From Candidatus Thalassarchaeaceae archaeon (lineage in GTDB: Archaea; Thermoplasmatota; Poseidoniia; Poseidoniales; Thalassarchaeaceae): 64,000 nt of DNA. Positions 39,583 through 49,823 of the stretch are shown here, piece after piece; position 1 is the stretch's first letter, and every line of letters starts with the position of its first letter. The notes under the pieces were generated by a model. That model searched no databases. It saw only the letters and a program-made list of their open reading frames with translations, and was not told where the DNA came from. Where the stretch lies: positions 382,253 to 446,252 of the forward strand of contig CALSZZ010000001.1 of the NCBI GenBank assembly GCA_943841885.1. The letters are read 5' to 3'. The translations under genes and the position numbers were made by a program.

Positions 39583-40077
39583 TCATTCCTCCTCTTCAGA
39601 TGCTCCTGATGAATTAGAGAATTTATTCTTCTTGGAAGGTAATGATTTTATAGCGAATTTCTTACCTTTTACTTTAATTCCCAACTCTTCATAAAGTCCT
39701 TTTAATCTAGCCCTATATTTACTTCCCAGTAAATCTGCCGCATTTTCTGCCTCTTTTCTTCTCTTAAGTACTTCTGACCTCGAATCTAGATTCAAAATAT
39801 CTTGTAAATTTTGTCTTTGATTTAAGAAATATAGAAATTCTGGTAGGACATAAAATGAAATAATAATTGATATAATGAGGCCCAACCAATGATGTGGCAC
39901 TAGGTGATCTCTATCGGGGTCAGTTGTTCCCTCAAGAATAAATAGAAATGCCATTGTCCAAAGGAATGTCGCAATTGATATTATAGAAATTATTCCTATG
40001 ATTTGAAAGTGATTTTCGTTCTGTGAATTCCACCATTTTCTGAGTGGGCCAACTTGATTTTTTCTTGGGCGTGCCAT
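39583..40077 (-). CDS. DUF3198-like membrane protein
   Basis: Two TM helices then ...LDSRSEVLKRRKEAE...; syntenic with Lhr; start at MARPRK preferred. Confidence 0.6.
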   Translation of the reverse strand: MARPRKNQVGPLRKWWNSQNENHFQIIGIISIISIATFLWTMAFLFILEGTTDPDRDHLVPHHWLGLIISIIISFYVLPEFLYFLNQRQNLQDILNLDSRSEVLKRRKEAENAADLLGSKYRARLKGLYEELGIKVKGKKFAIKSLPSKKNKFSNSSGASEEEE

Positions 40078-40203
40078 GATAATCAACATGCCGAATGAAT
40101 AACTAGAGATAGTTCCTTTCATAATAAGTTCATATAAAATTAATCTTTAATATAGAAAATTATTGAACATAGGGTTTTCTTATTAGCCCTTAGAGGAGTA
40201 GTT

Positions 40204-43182
40204 ATGGCCGGAGTCAGCGAGCACTTGCATTCGAGTGTAAATGACTTGGTTAAGGACCTAGGATGGACTTTGACACCTATTCAAAATGTGGCAATACCCG
40301 ATATTGTTAATGGGAAAGATAGGTTACTAGTAGCGCCTACTGGTAGTGGAAAAACTGAATCTGCAATATTACCAATAATTTCCAAATGTCTAACTGAAAA
40401 ATGGTCAGGACTTTCTGTATTGTATATTACACCTTTAAGAGCTCTAAATAGAGATATAGATAGAAGATTGTCAAAGATGTTGGAGCCTGTTGGATTATCA
40501 GTTGGCCTCAGGCATGGCGATACATCACAAAAAGAGAGAACGAAACAATCGAAAAAACCTCCTAATCTGCTCATCACAACTCCAGAAACTGCTCAAATAA
40601 TGCTTTTAGGAAGTCGCCTTAGAAAACATCTAGCAGGAGTCAGGGCAGTTATTTTAGATGAAGTACATGATATGGCTGGTTCTGAAAGAGGTTCACAATT
40701 ACTAGTCGGACTGCAAAGAATACAAGAATATTGTTCGGAAAAAATACAAATTATTGGACTATCCGCAACAGTAGGAAATCCAGAAGAGGTAGCTAAATGG
40801 TTTTCTGAAGATGCTTTGCCGATTATTGGCCCTGCTCCAAGAAAAACTGATGTTTTGGTACATAAGGAGCTACCTAGTACTGAAGATGAAATATTATCTA
40901 CAGAATGGCATATTTCTCCTGACTCAATAGCAGCATTCAGAAGACTAACTAGGACTTTAAAAGAAGAATCCCCTGCATTAGTATTTGTTAATTCAAGAAG
41001 TACGGCAGAAACTGTTTCGCAGAGATTACGGAAAATAATGCCCGACTTGAATATAGGGGTGCATCATGGTAGTCTTGCAGCAGAAACTAGGAGAGATGTG
41101 GAAAAAGCTTTACTAAATGGTGAATTGAACGGTCTTATATGTACAAGTAGTCTTGAATTAGGTATTGATATAGGCTCCATAAAAAAAGTTCATCAGTTAC
41201 AAAGTCCAAGATCTGTAGATAGTTTACTACAACGAGTAGGCAGGGCTGAACATTATCTTGGAGGAACTGGTGGAGGGGAAATTCTAGCATGGGAAGTTGA
41301 TGGCATTTCGGAATGTAGTGTAATAGCACGTAGAGCAATGAATGGTGAAATCGGAGGTGTTAGTTGGCGTACTAATCCAAGAATTGTGGCAGCAAATCAA
41401 TTTTTACAAATGGCAATAGAAAGAGGAGTTGTCCCTCTAGATAAACCAACTCAAATCTTAGAAAAAGTTTCTATTTTCAAAGAATGGAAGCATGAATCTA
41501 CTTTAGCCGTGCTAAGAGTTCTTGATGATAGGTGGTTAATTAGATTAATAGATGATCCTAAGAATTCTGATCCTACAAAATGGACTACTAGATTATGGAA
41601 AGAGTTAGCAGAGAAAATTGGAGGAGATTTTCCAGCAGAAAGACCTCATTGGGAAAAAGAATATTCCGATTTACAAAAAAGTAAATGGTTGAATAAATTG
41701 ATTAAAGTTCTACCAAAATCACTTGAAAATGGTTGGTTTTCTCCTGCAGGAAGATTAGGTAAAACAAGAATGGATCATCTTTCAATGATACCTGATGAAA
41801 CATCATATCGCGTGAGAGATGCAGTTACTAGAAAGATACTTGGATCAGTAGATGAGGCTTTTGTGTTATCATTGGATGATAATAATGAAGATTCAATTAA
41901 TAATGCTAGAAGATTTGTAATGGCGGGAAGAACATGGGAGATAGTTGATGCTGATCCGGAACAAGAAGAATTATTGGTAGGACCAGTAAGAGAAAGTGGC
42001 TCTGCACCAGTATGGGCAGGAGAATTACCCCCTGTACCCCAAAAAATAGCTGAAGAAGTTGGTCTTTTAAGAAAAATTACAGCTAAATCAGTGGGAGCAA
42101 TAGATGTAAAAGATATTATCGGAAAGTTAGATGATTACCCACTAAGCGAATCTGCTCGAGATGTTTTAATTTCTGCTGTTATAGAACATTTAGATGCAAC
42201 TGGTGAAATTCCCGATGGTCAAACAATGACAATAGAAGAACGACAAGGAACTATAACACTGAATACTTGTAAGGGTTCAAAAATAAATGAAACTTTAGCA
42301 CATTTTATACAATCTATGGGCTCGATGCGAGAAGGAAAAATGGGTAGAGTTTTGATAGATCCTTATAGGATTTCATTTCAGATACCCAGTACAAATGCAT
42401 CAGACATAATGGGATGGTTGAAGGATACTCCGGCAATTGCTCTACCTTCGATACTAAGAATGACAGTACCAAATAGTCGCACTGTAAGATGGAGAGTGGT
42501 CCAGGTAGCTAAAAAAATGGGTGTTTTAAAGAAAGGAGTAGATCCTAGAAAAGTGAATCTTAGAGGTTTGATGAAGAGGTACAAAGGAACACCTGTGATA
42601 GAGGAGGCTTTGGATAAGTTATTCCATGAGAGGATGGATGTTGAAGGAACAATGGATGTATTAAAATCCATACAGGATGACTCCATTAAACTGATTCATA
42701 CCCCCCCAGGTAAATTAGGAATATCTCCAAAAGCAGAAAGAGATCTATTATTGCCATCGTGGTCAGATAAGGAATTACGAGAGCGATTAGAACTAAGGCT
42801 ATTAAATGAAAGAGTATCTTTGATTTGTATCAATTGTCACGATAAAACTAGGAAAAGGGTCGCGCGAATAAATAAAAAATTAGAACCTTGTTCATTATGT
42901 GGCGGTACTATGTTGGCATGTTCTCCTGAAAGAATGGAAAAAAGACTAATGGAGATGGTTGAGAGTAAGGACTTTAAGGTTAAGAATAAAGTAGTAAAAA
43001 ATGCTGAATTGATTAAAACGCATGGTTTAGATGCAATCGTCTGCCTGATGGGAAGAGGTGTTGGTGAGGAAACAGCTACCAGAATCTTAAGAGGAAAAGT
43101 TCCTGGAAATCGTGCCTCTCTTCTACGATCAATTCATGAGGCGGAGCTCAAATATGCAAGTACTAGAAGATATTGGGGTTAA
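40204..43182 (+). CDS. lhr: Lhr-family ATP-dependent DEAD/H helicase
   Basis: APTGSGKT, TPLRALNRD, DEVH, SAT, HHGSL, SLELGIDIG, QRVGRA; C-terminal CxxC...CxxC. Confidence 0.92.
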   Translation: MAGVSEHLHSSVNDLVKDLGWTLTPIQNVAIPDIVNGKDRLLVAPTGSGKTESAILPIISKCLTEKWSGLSVLYITPLRALNRDIDRRLSKMLEPVGLSVGLRHGDTSQKERTKQSKKPPNLLITTPETAQIMLLGSRLRKHLAGVRAVILDEVHDMAGSERGSQLLVGLQRIQEYCSEKIQIIGLSATVGNPEEVAKWFSEDALPIIGPAPRKTDVLVHKELPSTEDEILSTEWHISPDSIAAFRRLTRTLKEESPALVFVNSRSTAETVSQRLRKIMPDLNIGVHHGSLAAETRRDVEKALLNGELNGLICTSSLELGIDIGSIKKVHQLQSPRSVDSLLQRVGRAEHYLGGTGGGEILAWEVDGISECSVIARRAMNGEIGGVSWRTNPRIVAANQFLQMAIERGVVPLDKPTQILEKVSIFKEWKHESTLAVLRVLDDRWLIRLIDDPKNSDPTKWTTRLWKELAEKIGGDFPAERPHWEKEYSDLQKSKWLNKLIKVLPKSLENGWFSPAGRLGKTRMDHLSMIPDETSYRVRDAVTRKILGSVDEAFVLSLDDNNEDSINNARRFVMAGRTWEIVDADPEQEELLVGPVRESGSAPVWAGELPPVPQKIAEEVGLLRKITAKSVGAIDVKDIIGKLDDYPLSESARDVLISAVIEHLDATGEIPDGQTMTIEERQGTITLNTCKGSKINETLAHFIQSMGSMREGKMGRVLIDPYRISFQIPSTNASDIMGWLKDTPAIALPSILRMTVPNSRTVRWRVVQVAKKMGVLKKGVDPRKVNLRGLMKRYKGTPVIEEALDKLFHERMDVEGTMDVLKSIQDDSIKLIHTPPGKLGISPKAERDLLLPSWSDKELRERLELRLLNERVSLICINCHDKTRKRVARINKKLEPCSLCGGTMLACSPERMEKRLMEMVESKDFKVKNKVVKNAELIKTHGLDAIVCLMGRGVGEETATRILRGKVPGNRASLLRSIHEAELKYASTRRYWG

Positions 43183-43219
43183 CGAAATCAATATCTTCCT
43201 CCTCCTTGTAGGTGTTAAT

Positions 43220-43762
43220 ATGTTGATAGGCCTCACAGGTAGAAATGCATCCGGAAAATCCACCCTTGTTGATTGGTTTTCTAAAAAAGGAATGAAGAGT
43301 TTTTCTTGTTCAGACTCCATCAGAGCGTGGTTAAGGGAACACAACAAAGAGATTACTAGAGATGCATTAATTGAAGGAGGGAGAGAACTTAGAAGACAAG
43401 GTGGCGGAGGAATTTTGGCTGATATGTTGATTAAAATAATAGATGGAGAAGATGCAGTGATAGATTCAATCAGGACTCCTGCAGAGGTTTTTTCATTAAA
43501 ATCTAGAGGAGATTTTGTACTTATTGAGGTTAAAGCCAGTGAAGAAATGCGGTGGGCAAGATTACAAAGTAGGGCAAGGCCAGGCGATCCCATTGATAAG
43601 CAGATTTTTTTAGAGCAAGAAAATAAAGAAGCAAAGGCTAAAGATGCTGCAGGACAAGATTTGGATGCCACTGCTGAAATGTCTGATTTTGAGATAATCA
43701 ATGACGGTTCCGTAGAAAATTTACATAATAAATTAGAAGATTTATGGGAAAAAATATCATAA
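43220..43762 (+). CDS. P-loop nucleotide kinase (dCMP / dephospho-CoA kinase-like)
   Basis: IGLTGRNASGKST, VIDSIR, IINDGS; start at MLIGL. Confidence 0.8.
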   Translation: MLIGLTGRNASGKSTLVDWFSKKGMKSFSCSDSIRAWLREHNKEITRDALIEGGRELRRQGGGGILADMLIKIIDGEDAVIDSIRTPAEVFSLKSRGDFVLIEVKASEEMRWARLQSRARPGDPIDKQIFLEQENKEAKAKDAAGQDLDATAEMSDFEIINDGSVENLHNKLEDLWEKIS

Positions 43763-43782
43763 TTTACAGTTGGGCACTAATT

Positions 43783-44613
43783 TTAGATACTCTGTCTCCA
43801 TTTGACGAACTGAAAACATGGAACAGACCATAAAATAATTGCCAAAAACCATGCTAGTAAAGATCCTAAGAAAATACCAAAATTAGGTAATGACCACATT
43901 GCTATGATTGCATATAATCCAACTGATCCTCCTCCCAATATCATTGGTCCTGCAGCGCCCATTGGAACTGATGGTCCTTGAGAAATCCATAATGCAACCA
44001 TGCTAGTAAGGAATATAGCAGGAAAGACCGATGCTAGTCCAGCAAGAAGAGAATATCCAAGACTAGAAATCCATACTGCAAGTCCTATCGCGAATGCTGC
44101 CATAATACCTCTTGAAAATAAAACATAATTGTTAACTTTATTTTTCCCACGAGGAGTTGAATCGATATGCCAGGACATTCCAACTCCAAGAATAACTACT
44201 AATGATTGGCCAAGTAACCCTATTTCAAAAGAAGATAGTGAAGAATCATAACCGAATTCAATAATTCTTAAAATTACTAATCCGGATAAAGACCATATTG
44301 ATAAAGATATTATAATAACAATAAATAATGTGGTATACATCTTTTCAGTGTTATTAAAATAAGTGGGTAAAATTTTCCAATTTACTAAAAATAATCCATT
44401 TATCAGCATCCCTGCTGGGACAATTGCTAAGCTGATATTGAGATCAGTATCGTTGGTTGCCAGAGCCATTCCTGCTGCTGCAGGAACTATCGTAGTTGGG
44501 ATAGTCCCCAAAATACCTCCAATCGCTCCTCCATATTTTTCTATCAACAGTGTAACTGCAATTGCTACAAAACCTGCAAATAAAGCTGCGATTATAGTAT
44601 TGATAATTGTCAA
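43783..44613 (-). CDS. hypothetical multi-pass membrane protein with internal duplication
   Basis: About 8 TM; GGILGTIPTT and AGLASVFPAI half-repeats. Confidence 0.75.
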   Translation of the reverse strand: MTIINTIIAALFAGFVAIAVTLLIEKYGGAIGGILGTIPTTIVPAAAGMALATNDTDLNISLAIVPAGMLINGLFLVNWKILPTYFNNTEKMYTTLFIVIIISLSIWSLSGLVILRIIEFGYDSSLSSFEIGLLGQSLVVILGVGMSWHIDSTPRGKNKVNNYVLFSRGIMAAFAIGLAVWISSLGYSLLAGLASVFPAIFLTSMVALWISQGPSVPMGAAGPMILGGGSVGLYAIIAMWSLPNFGIFLGSLLAWFLAIILWSVPCFQFVKWRQSI

Positions 44614-44621
44614 ATCAAGAC

Positions 44622-46473
44622 CTATTCCTTACGTGTCCCTGTAACTATTATTGCAGTACTTATTATTGAAATAATCCCTAAAATAGATGTAAAGCCTGGT
44701 AATTCTCTATTCTGATTTGCTTCACTACCTTCTCCTCCAAGTAAATAAATATGAGTAACTAAATTGGTTGAAGCATCATCACCAAGTATGGCCCTCAACA
44801 TAACAGTCTGATTGCCTTCAATCTGATTTCCTGGTAAATATTGTAGTCTATCGACCAACATTTTGTAACTGACTTCAAAGGTTTGATCTCCTGAATTATA
44901 ACTAGGATGGCTCATCCAATTATCTCTCATATCCCATGTCCTCCATTGTATTTCTACCGGTCCTCCCATTACAGAGACCTCGAAAGAGTCACTGGGGTTC
45001 AGATAAATTCTATTATCTTCAGAAATATCAGTGGTTGTATTTAGAGTAATATTAGTGTTCAATCCATACACGTAATTAGCTGCCTCAAGTAATGCTGGTA
45101 AACCTTCAACCTGGCCATGCCCGTAAACATTGTTCTGCCTATTTTTTGGGATTAAATCTTCAGCGCATGGTTCATTTGCAGCCATGTAATGGCACTCTCT
45201 GTAAGTTGCTGTTTCTTGCATAATATTCCTAATATCAAAAGGAGATAAATCAGGATTGGCCTGATACATTAATGCTGCAAGACCTGCTGCCCCTGGAGTA
45301 GCCATACTAGTGCCAGAATACGCAACATATCCATCACCAGAATTTGCTTCTGGGGCATTAACACTGGATCCTACGAATGCGAGATTAGGTTTGACTCGTC
45401 CTTCTTCCGTAGGCCCTTGACTAGAATAAACGGCGATTGAGGTGTCTTTATCTAGCGCTCCAACAGTAATTACATCCTCAGCAGAACCTGGCGTTCCTAT
45501 TTGGGCACTAAATACACTATTGCCAGCCGCAATGAAAAGAGCTACTCCAGCCCTAACCATCTCATTTGCCATTCTATTGACGCTTTCTTCTTCTGATGAT
45601 GTCCATTCTATCGCCCCAATTCCTCCTAAACTCATAGTTGCAGCCCTGATATTGAAATCATGCCTCTTATCAACAGTCCATTCCATTCCCGCCATTACTG
45701 TTGCGAAGGATCCTGAACCTCCTGAATCGAGGACTTTTACCCCAACTAATTGTGCTTGTGGAGCGACTCCTACATAATCGTAAGTAGGTGCTCCTGTACC
45801 AGCCGTGATTCCTGCGCAATGAGTTCCATGTCCTTGATCATCATATGCTTTTATCTCGGTTCCATTTGTCTTTTCAGGATTATTTACAGGGTCATAAAAA
45901 GCTATCACTTTAAAATCATTAGTAGAATTATCATCATCTAAGTCATCTAATCCAACATGTGAAGAATCGATGCCAGTATCAATTATAGAAACTACACTTC
46001 CTTCACCAGTGTATCCAGTATCTTCCCAAATCATTGGTATCCCATGAACTTCGTTAACCTCATTCATCTGGATAGTGAGCATGCCATCTAACTCCACCAT
46101 TACTACTCCCGGAAGTTTGGAAAGTTGTATTATATTGTCTATTGGTATCGTACCTGCAATACTATCTATCAAATGATATCTAAACTGAGTTTCAAAACCT
46201 ACTTCATTTTCCAACATATATTGATCTTCTATTATTGGTTGATGATCAAAATCAACTATTACACTTATTGTATTATCATCTCTAACCCAATCATAAAGAT
46301 CACTATCGATAGCAATCCATATTGCGTCATGGATTCCATCCCGGTCTTTTATCCATAGAGGTGGTTTCCCACCACGGAATATCATCTTCAATGTAATCGG
46401 GAAATGCTACACTGGAAGAAGAAAGTGGTAAAGCCACTAGTATTACTAAGACGGCCGCGATAACTGATTTCAT
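44622..46473 (-). CDS. subtilisin-like S8 serine protease with PGF-CTERM-like anchor; frameshift near N-terminus
   Basis: IIDTGID, HGTHCAG, AAGN and SGTSMATP; LPGF + TM + basic tail; signal peptide MKSVIAAVLVILVALP at 46473 joins if one T is removed from 46347-46350. Confidence 0.88.
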
Positions 46474-46556
46474 AGACTGAAGACCACCGTTATAGATTTG
46501 AAGGAAACGGTTTGTTGACTACTTAAATTATGTAAATAATTTATTAGATATTTTCT

Positions 46557-47498
46557 TTAGTCCCAACTACTTAGCCAATTCCATGCTATTCCATTTGTAT
46601 CTACAGTTCCACCATTTCCTATGAAAACTAAAGGACCATCGGGATCAAAAGTATTTTCATATGGATTGTGATCTGCTGCATAGAGAGTCACCAAAGATAC
46701 CATAGAATTATTCCCACATTCTGTAAAGGTCTGTTGTGAATAAAATATTGATGGCGTATTTGAGTCAGGAGTTGATCCCTCGCAACCATTCATTTCTGCC
46801 CACATTAGTAAATTTTGTATAGCTCCATGTTCTTGAGCTTCAATATTTGGAAGATGGATAGCGTCATTGGAATACAAGATTATTTGATCGAGAAGTCCAT
46901 GTATTTCCATTATTGGAATTGGTGAATAGCTTGGTGCTGGATCATCTAGTAGATAATACGACATGCACGCAATAGCTGTAAAACGATCACTATGTTCATT
47001 TGCCAACTTCTGACTTAGGGAGCATCCATTTGACCAACCAGTAAGATATACTCTACTTTCATCAACAGAATGATTTAAGATTATCTTATCTAATATATTC
47101 ATGATTAATCCAGTATCATTTAATCCTAATTCTCCAGCCGTACTACAACAATATCCTGAGTTCCAGGAATTATCGAAACCTTGAGGCCAAACTGCAATTG
47201 CACCGTTTTCAAAGGCGATATCATCAAAGTCAGATAAATTTCTTTGATCTTGCATACTTAAAGTATTTCCATGTAAATCAATAATCAAAGGAGCACCTGA
47301 AATATTTACCGTACTTGGAATAAAAACATTCCAACATCTTTCAAGATCCTCATGTAACATACATTCTAAATAATCTATATTTTCGAATAATAAATCTTCT
47401 TCACTATCAGTGCTTTCTGATAAATTTTCTTTTTGCATTTGTAGGCATCCAGATGAAAAGCATAATACGATTATCATCGCGTATGCATTAATTTTCAT
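46557..47498 (-). CDS. PHB depolymerase / LpqP-family esterase lipoprotein
   Basis: SSGC lipobox, DLHG, WNSGYCC, GWSNG, HGLLD. Confidence 0.82.
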   Translation of the reverse strand: MKINAYAMIIVLCFSSGCLQMQKENLSESTDSEEDLLFENIDYLECMLHEDLERCWNVFIPSTVNISGAPLIIDLHGNTLSMQDQRNLSDFDDIAFENGAIAVWPQGFDNSWNSGYCCSTAGELGLNDTGLIMNILDKIILNHSVDESRVYLTGWSNGCSLSQKLANEHSDRFTAIACMSYYLLDDPAPSYSPIPIMEIHGLLDQIILYSNDAIHLPNIEAQEHGAIQNLLMWAEMNGCEGSTPDSNTPSIFYSQQTFTECGNNSMVSLVTLYAADHNPYENTFDPDGPLVFIGNGGTVDTNGIAWNWLSSWD

Positions 47499-47566
47499 AA
47501 ATATCGCATAAGTTATGTGCTTATATCCTTTCTTAGAAAAAAGGAATGGAATAAATAAGTAAATAA

Positions 47567-48511
47567 TTAATATTTTTTATTGATTTTTTCAACTTCTTTG
47601 ATCTTATTAAATTTAATTAAATATTTAGAGGAATTAAGTAATCCTCTTGCGAAACCAGAGAGTAGAAGGGCTGAAAGAGCTATTGTAGATGTCCACCCCC
47701 AAACATTTCCAATTGCTGCAAATTCTTCTTTAGTCAAAAGAAGGGCCATGGCAGTTACTAACCCGATTCCTAAGGAAGTCTGAATCCTCATGCCGAGAGG
47801 CATCGCTAAAATTGTTCTGAATGCCTCTAAACGTTGAAGAAGTACAAAGGACCAAATCATTGTACCAATCGACCAGATAAATAAATCCACAGAATAATCT
47901 CCTATGACTAAATTAAACGATTCTATGTAAAGTGTAGTTCCAATGATTAATGAAAGCCAAATTACAGAAAAACCAAGTAACATTATAATTTCACTTAGAG
48001 AGGTCCCTAGACTTTCTTTCAAACCCTGCTCCTGAAGAGGTTTTTTATCCTTTCTTGACTTAAGATCTGAGGTTAAAATTTTCATTTTTTCTAATGATTT
48101 TTCAGCTTCCAACAACTTTTGAGTAATAGCCAATGATTCTATTAACATTCCTTCCTGTTCTTTCCTTATTTCTTCATTTGCTAAAAATGATGTCAATAGA
48201 TTTTCATATTCTTCAGTTGGAATTATTACATTACCCATTGATTGTGCAATATCTTCAAGAGATGGGGCATCAGGAGCACGAGGTAAAGATTCTCTCAAGT
48301 TAGTTAAACGTTCAATTTCTTCTTGAGAAAGAGGTAAAGGAGTCCAACGCGCAATTGCCTTATCTAACTCTCTAGAAGTTGCTTTAGTAACTTCCTTTAC
48401 TTTTTTACCGGTATATTCTGTTGCAGCAATCATCTTCTCTTTCAAATTACTGAATTGTTCACCTGCAGTAGTTTGCCATGATAAACTATCGTCGGTAGTG
48501 TCTTCAGTCAT
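47567..48511 (-). CDS. hypothetical membrane protein with amphipathic/coiled-coil N-terminus and 4 TM
   Basis: 314-aa ORF architecture. Confidence 0.72.
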   Translation of the reverse strand: MTEDTTDDSLSWQTTAGEQFSNLKEKMIAATEYTGKKVKEVTKATSRELDKAIARWTPLPLSQEEIERLTNLRESLPRAPDAPSLEDIAQSMGNVIIPTEEYENLLTSFLANEEIRKEQEGMLIESLAITQKLLEAEKSLEKMKILTSDLKSRKDKKPLQEQGLKESLGTSLSEIIMLLGFSVIWLSLIIGTTLYIESFNLVIGDYSVDLFIWSIGTMIWSFVLLQRLEAFRTILAMPLGMRIQTSLGIGLVTAMALLLTKEEFAAIGNVWGWTSTIALSALLLSGFARGLLNSSKYLIKFNKIKEVEKINKKY

Positions 48512-48565
48512 ACTAATACGTTCTTCGAGAATGGCATCTAAACTTCAAATGTACGTAAAAATGAT

Positions 48566-48814
48566 TTGCAGATATACAAAGATATATATTAGATTATATC
48601 AAAAACAAACACTCTTTATCAAAAATAAACACTCTTTAATTAATACCTCGTCAATGGTAAAGGTATGAACGTAGCACAAATACTTACTTTCCTTGTTGGA
48701 GGATATGCATCAGTAGCAATAACAATAATGGGTTTCATGCCTTTAGTAGCATAGAATTATTATTGTAATCTACCAGCAGATCAACTCTAAATTGGATTAA
48801 TTATCTTCTGTTGA
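48566..48814 (+). repeat. dispersed inverted repeat, copy B (~249 bp)
   Basis: Matches reverse complement of 34772..35001; AAACACTCTTTA present twice here. Confidence 0.92.
48665..48754 (+). CDS. 29-aa hydrophobic micropeptide, copy B
   Basis: Identical to 34833..34922. Confidence 0.55.
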   Translation: MNVAQILTFLVGGYASVAITIMGFMPLVA

Positions 48815-49723
48815 AGTATTCCACCACTCAATATCTTGAGTAGGCTCAATTTCTTCTTGTACTATTTTATCATCTTCGAGAATGATAATAGGTATATCTA
48901 TGGTTTTTTTGATATTATTCTTTGTAGGAAACAATAAAACTAAACCAATCAAAGTACCTATAAAACCACAGCATATAAAGGGGATTGTGAGATCTCCCTG
49001 TAAAGTTGGTTTTGTATAAGCCTCATAAACAATGTAGAGAGGCAAAATACTGAGAATTATTATACATATTCCAATAATTTTTTTCAAAAATACAAATATT
49101 AAATTTGTTTTTCTTAATCTTTTATTTGGTACTGAAATAGTCATAGACTGAGAAGCGGATATTTTTTCAAATGAAATTGAAGTATTATTTTGGTTTTTTT
49201 TACGTTTCCCTAATTGAATTAAAATCACACCGATAAAAAATTGAAAACAACAACAACATGTTACTGTAGAAGTAATTTCCTCCACATCTTCTGTTAAACG
49301 ACTATTGGCTGGATCATCGGGATAGTACCATACTGATACATTGAATGAAGAATTATAATATTGTAATGTGGTATCGATACAACTAACACTCGATTTATAT
49401 ACGGTATATTCTACAGGTTCCCCATAGTTACCGAAAAAAACCTCTTCATTAACAGTATATGTATAATTTAGGAATGCATAACATCGATATTCATCCCTAT
49501 AAATTTGTCTTCCATTGATTGTACTTTTTATTTCTCTATATTCTTCAAACCATTCAGTTCCTTCTTCAACATGACCATAAACCTGATCTGTTTCTGGCTG
49601 TAAAAACATATTTAATAATCCCATGGTAAATAAACAAAATATAGCCCAAAAAACAATCAATATCAGGAAAAATCCTTCTTTAAAAATAGATGAATGGTTA
49701 CTATCTTCCCCGCTATCCGACAT
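48797..49723 (-). CDS. membrane protein with DUF3592-like domain
   Basis: YTYTVN...VSVWYYPDDPANSRL pattern between TM helices. Confidence 0.65.
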   Translation of the reverse strand: MSDSGEDSNHSSIFKEGFFLILIVFWAIFCLFTMGLLNMFLQPETDQVYGHVEEGTEWFEEYREIKSTINGRQIYRDEYRCYAFLNYTYTVNEEVFFGNYGEPVEYTVYKSSVSCIDTTLQYYNSSFNVSVWYYPDDPANSRLTEDVEEITSTVTCCCCFQFFIGVILIQLGKRKKNQNNTSISFEKISASQSMTISVPNKRLRKTNLIFVFLKKIIGICIIILSILPLYIVYEAYTKPTLQGDLTIPFICCGFIGTLIGLVLLFPTKNNIKKTIDIPIIILEDDKIVQEEIEPTQDIEWWNTSTEDN

Positions 49724-49823
49724 ATTATTATCTGGAAAGACTTAATTATTTTATTTTAATATGACCCGTTAACATTATTCAATGAATAGATACTTAATTT
49801 AGTTGGTTATGCAAACACCATAA

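Noticed and set aside
43112-43219. Overlap of the kinase ORF with the lhr 3' end
   Set aside because: N-terminal extension is not protein-like; the P-loop domain starts at ATG 43220
34772-48814. Composite transposon or MITE interpretation of the inverted repeats
   Set aside because: No transposase, no terminal inverted repeats within each copy, no target-site duplication seen; the enclosed genes are housekeeping
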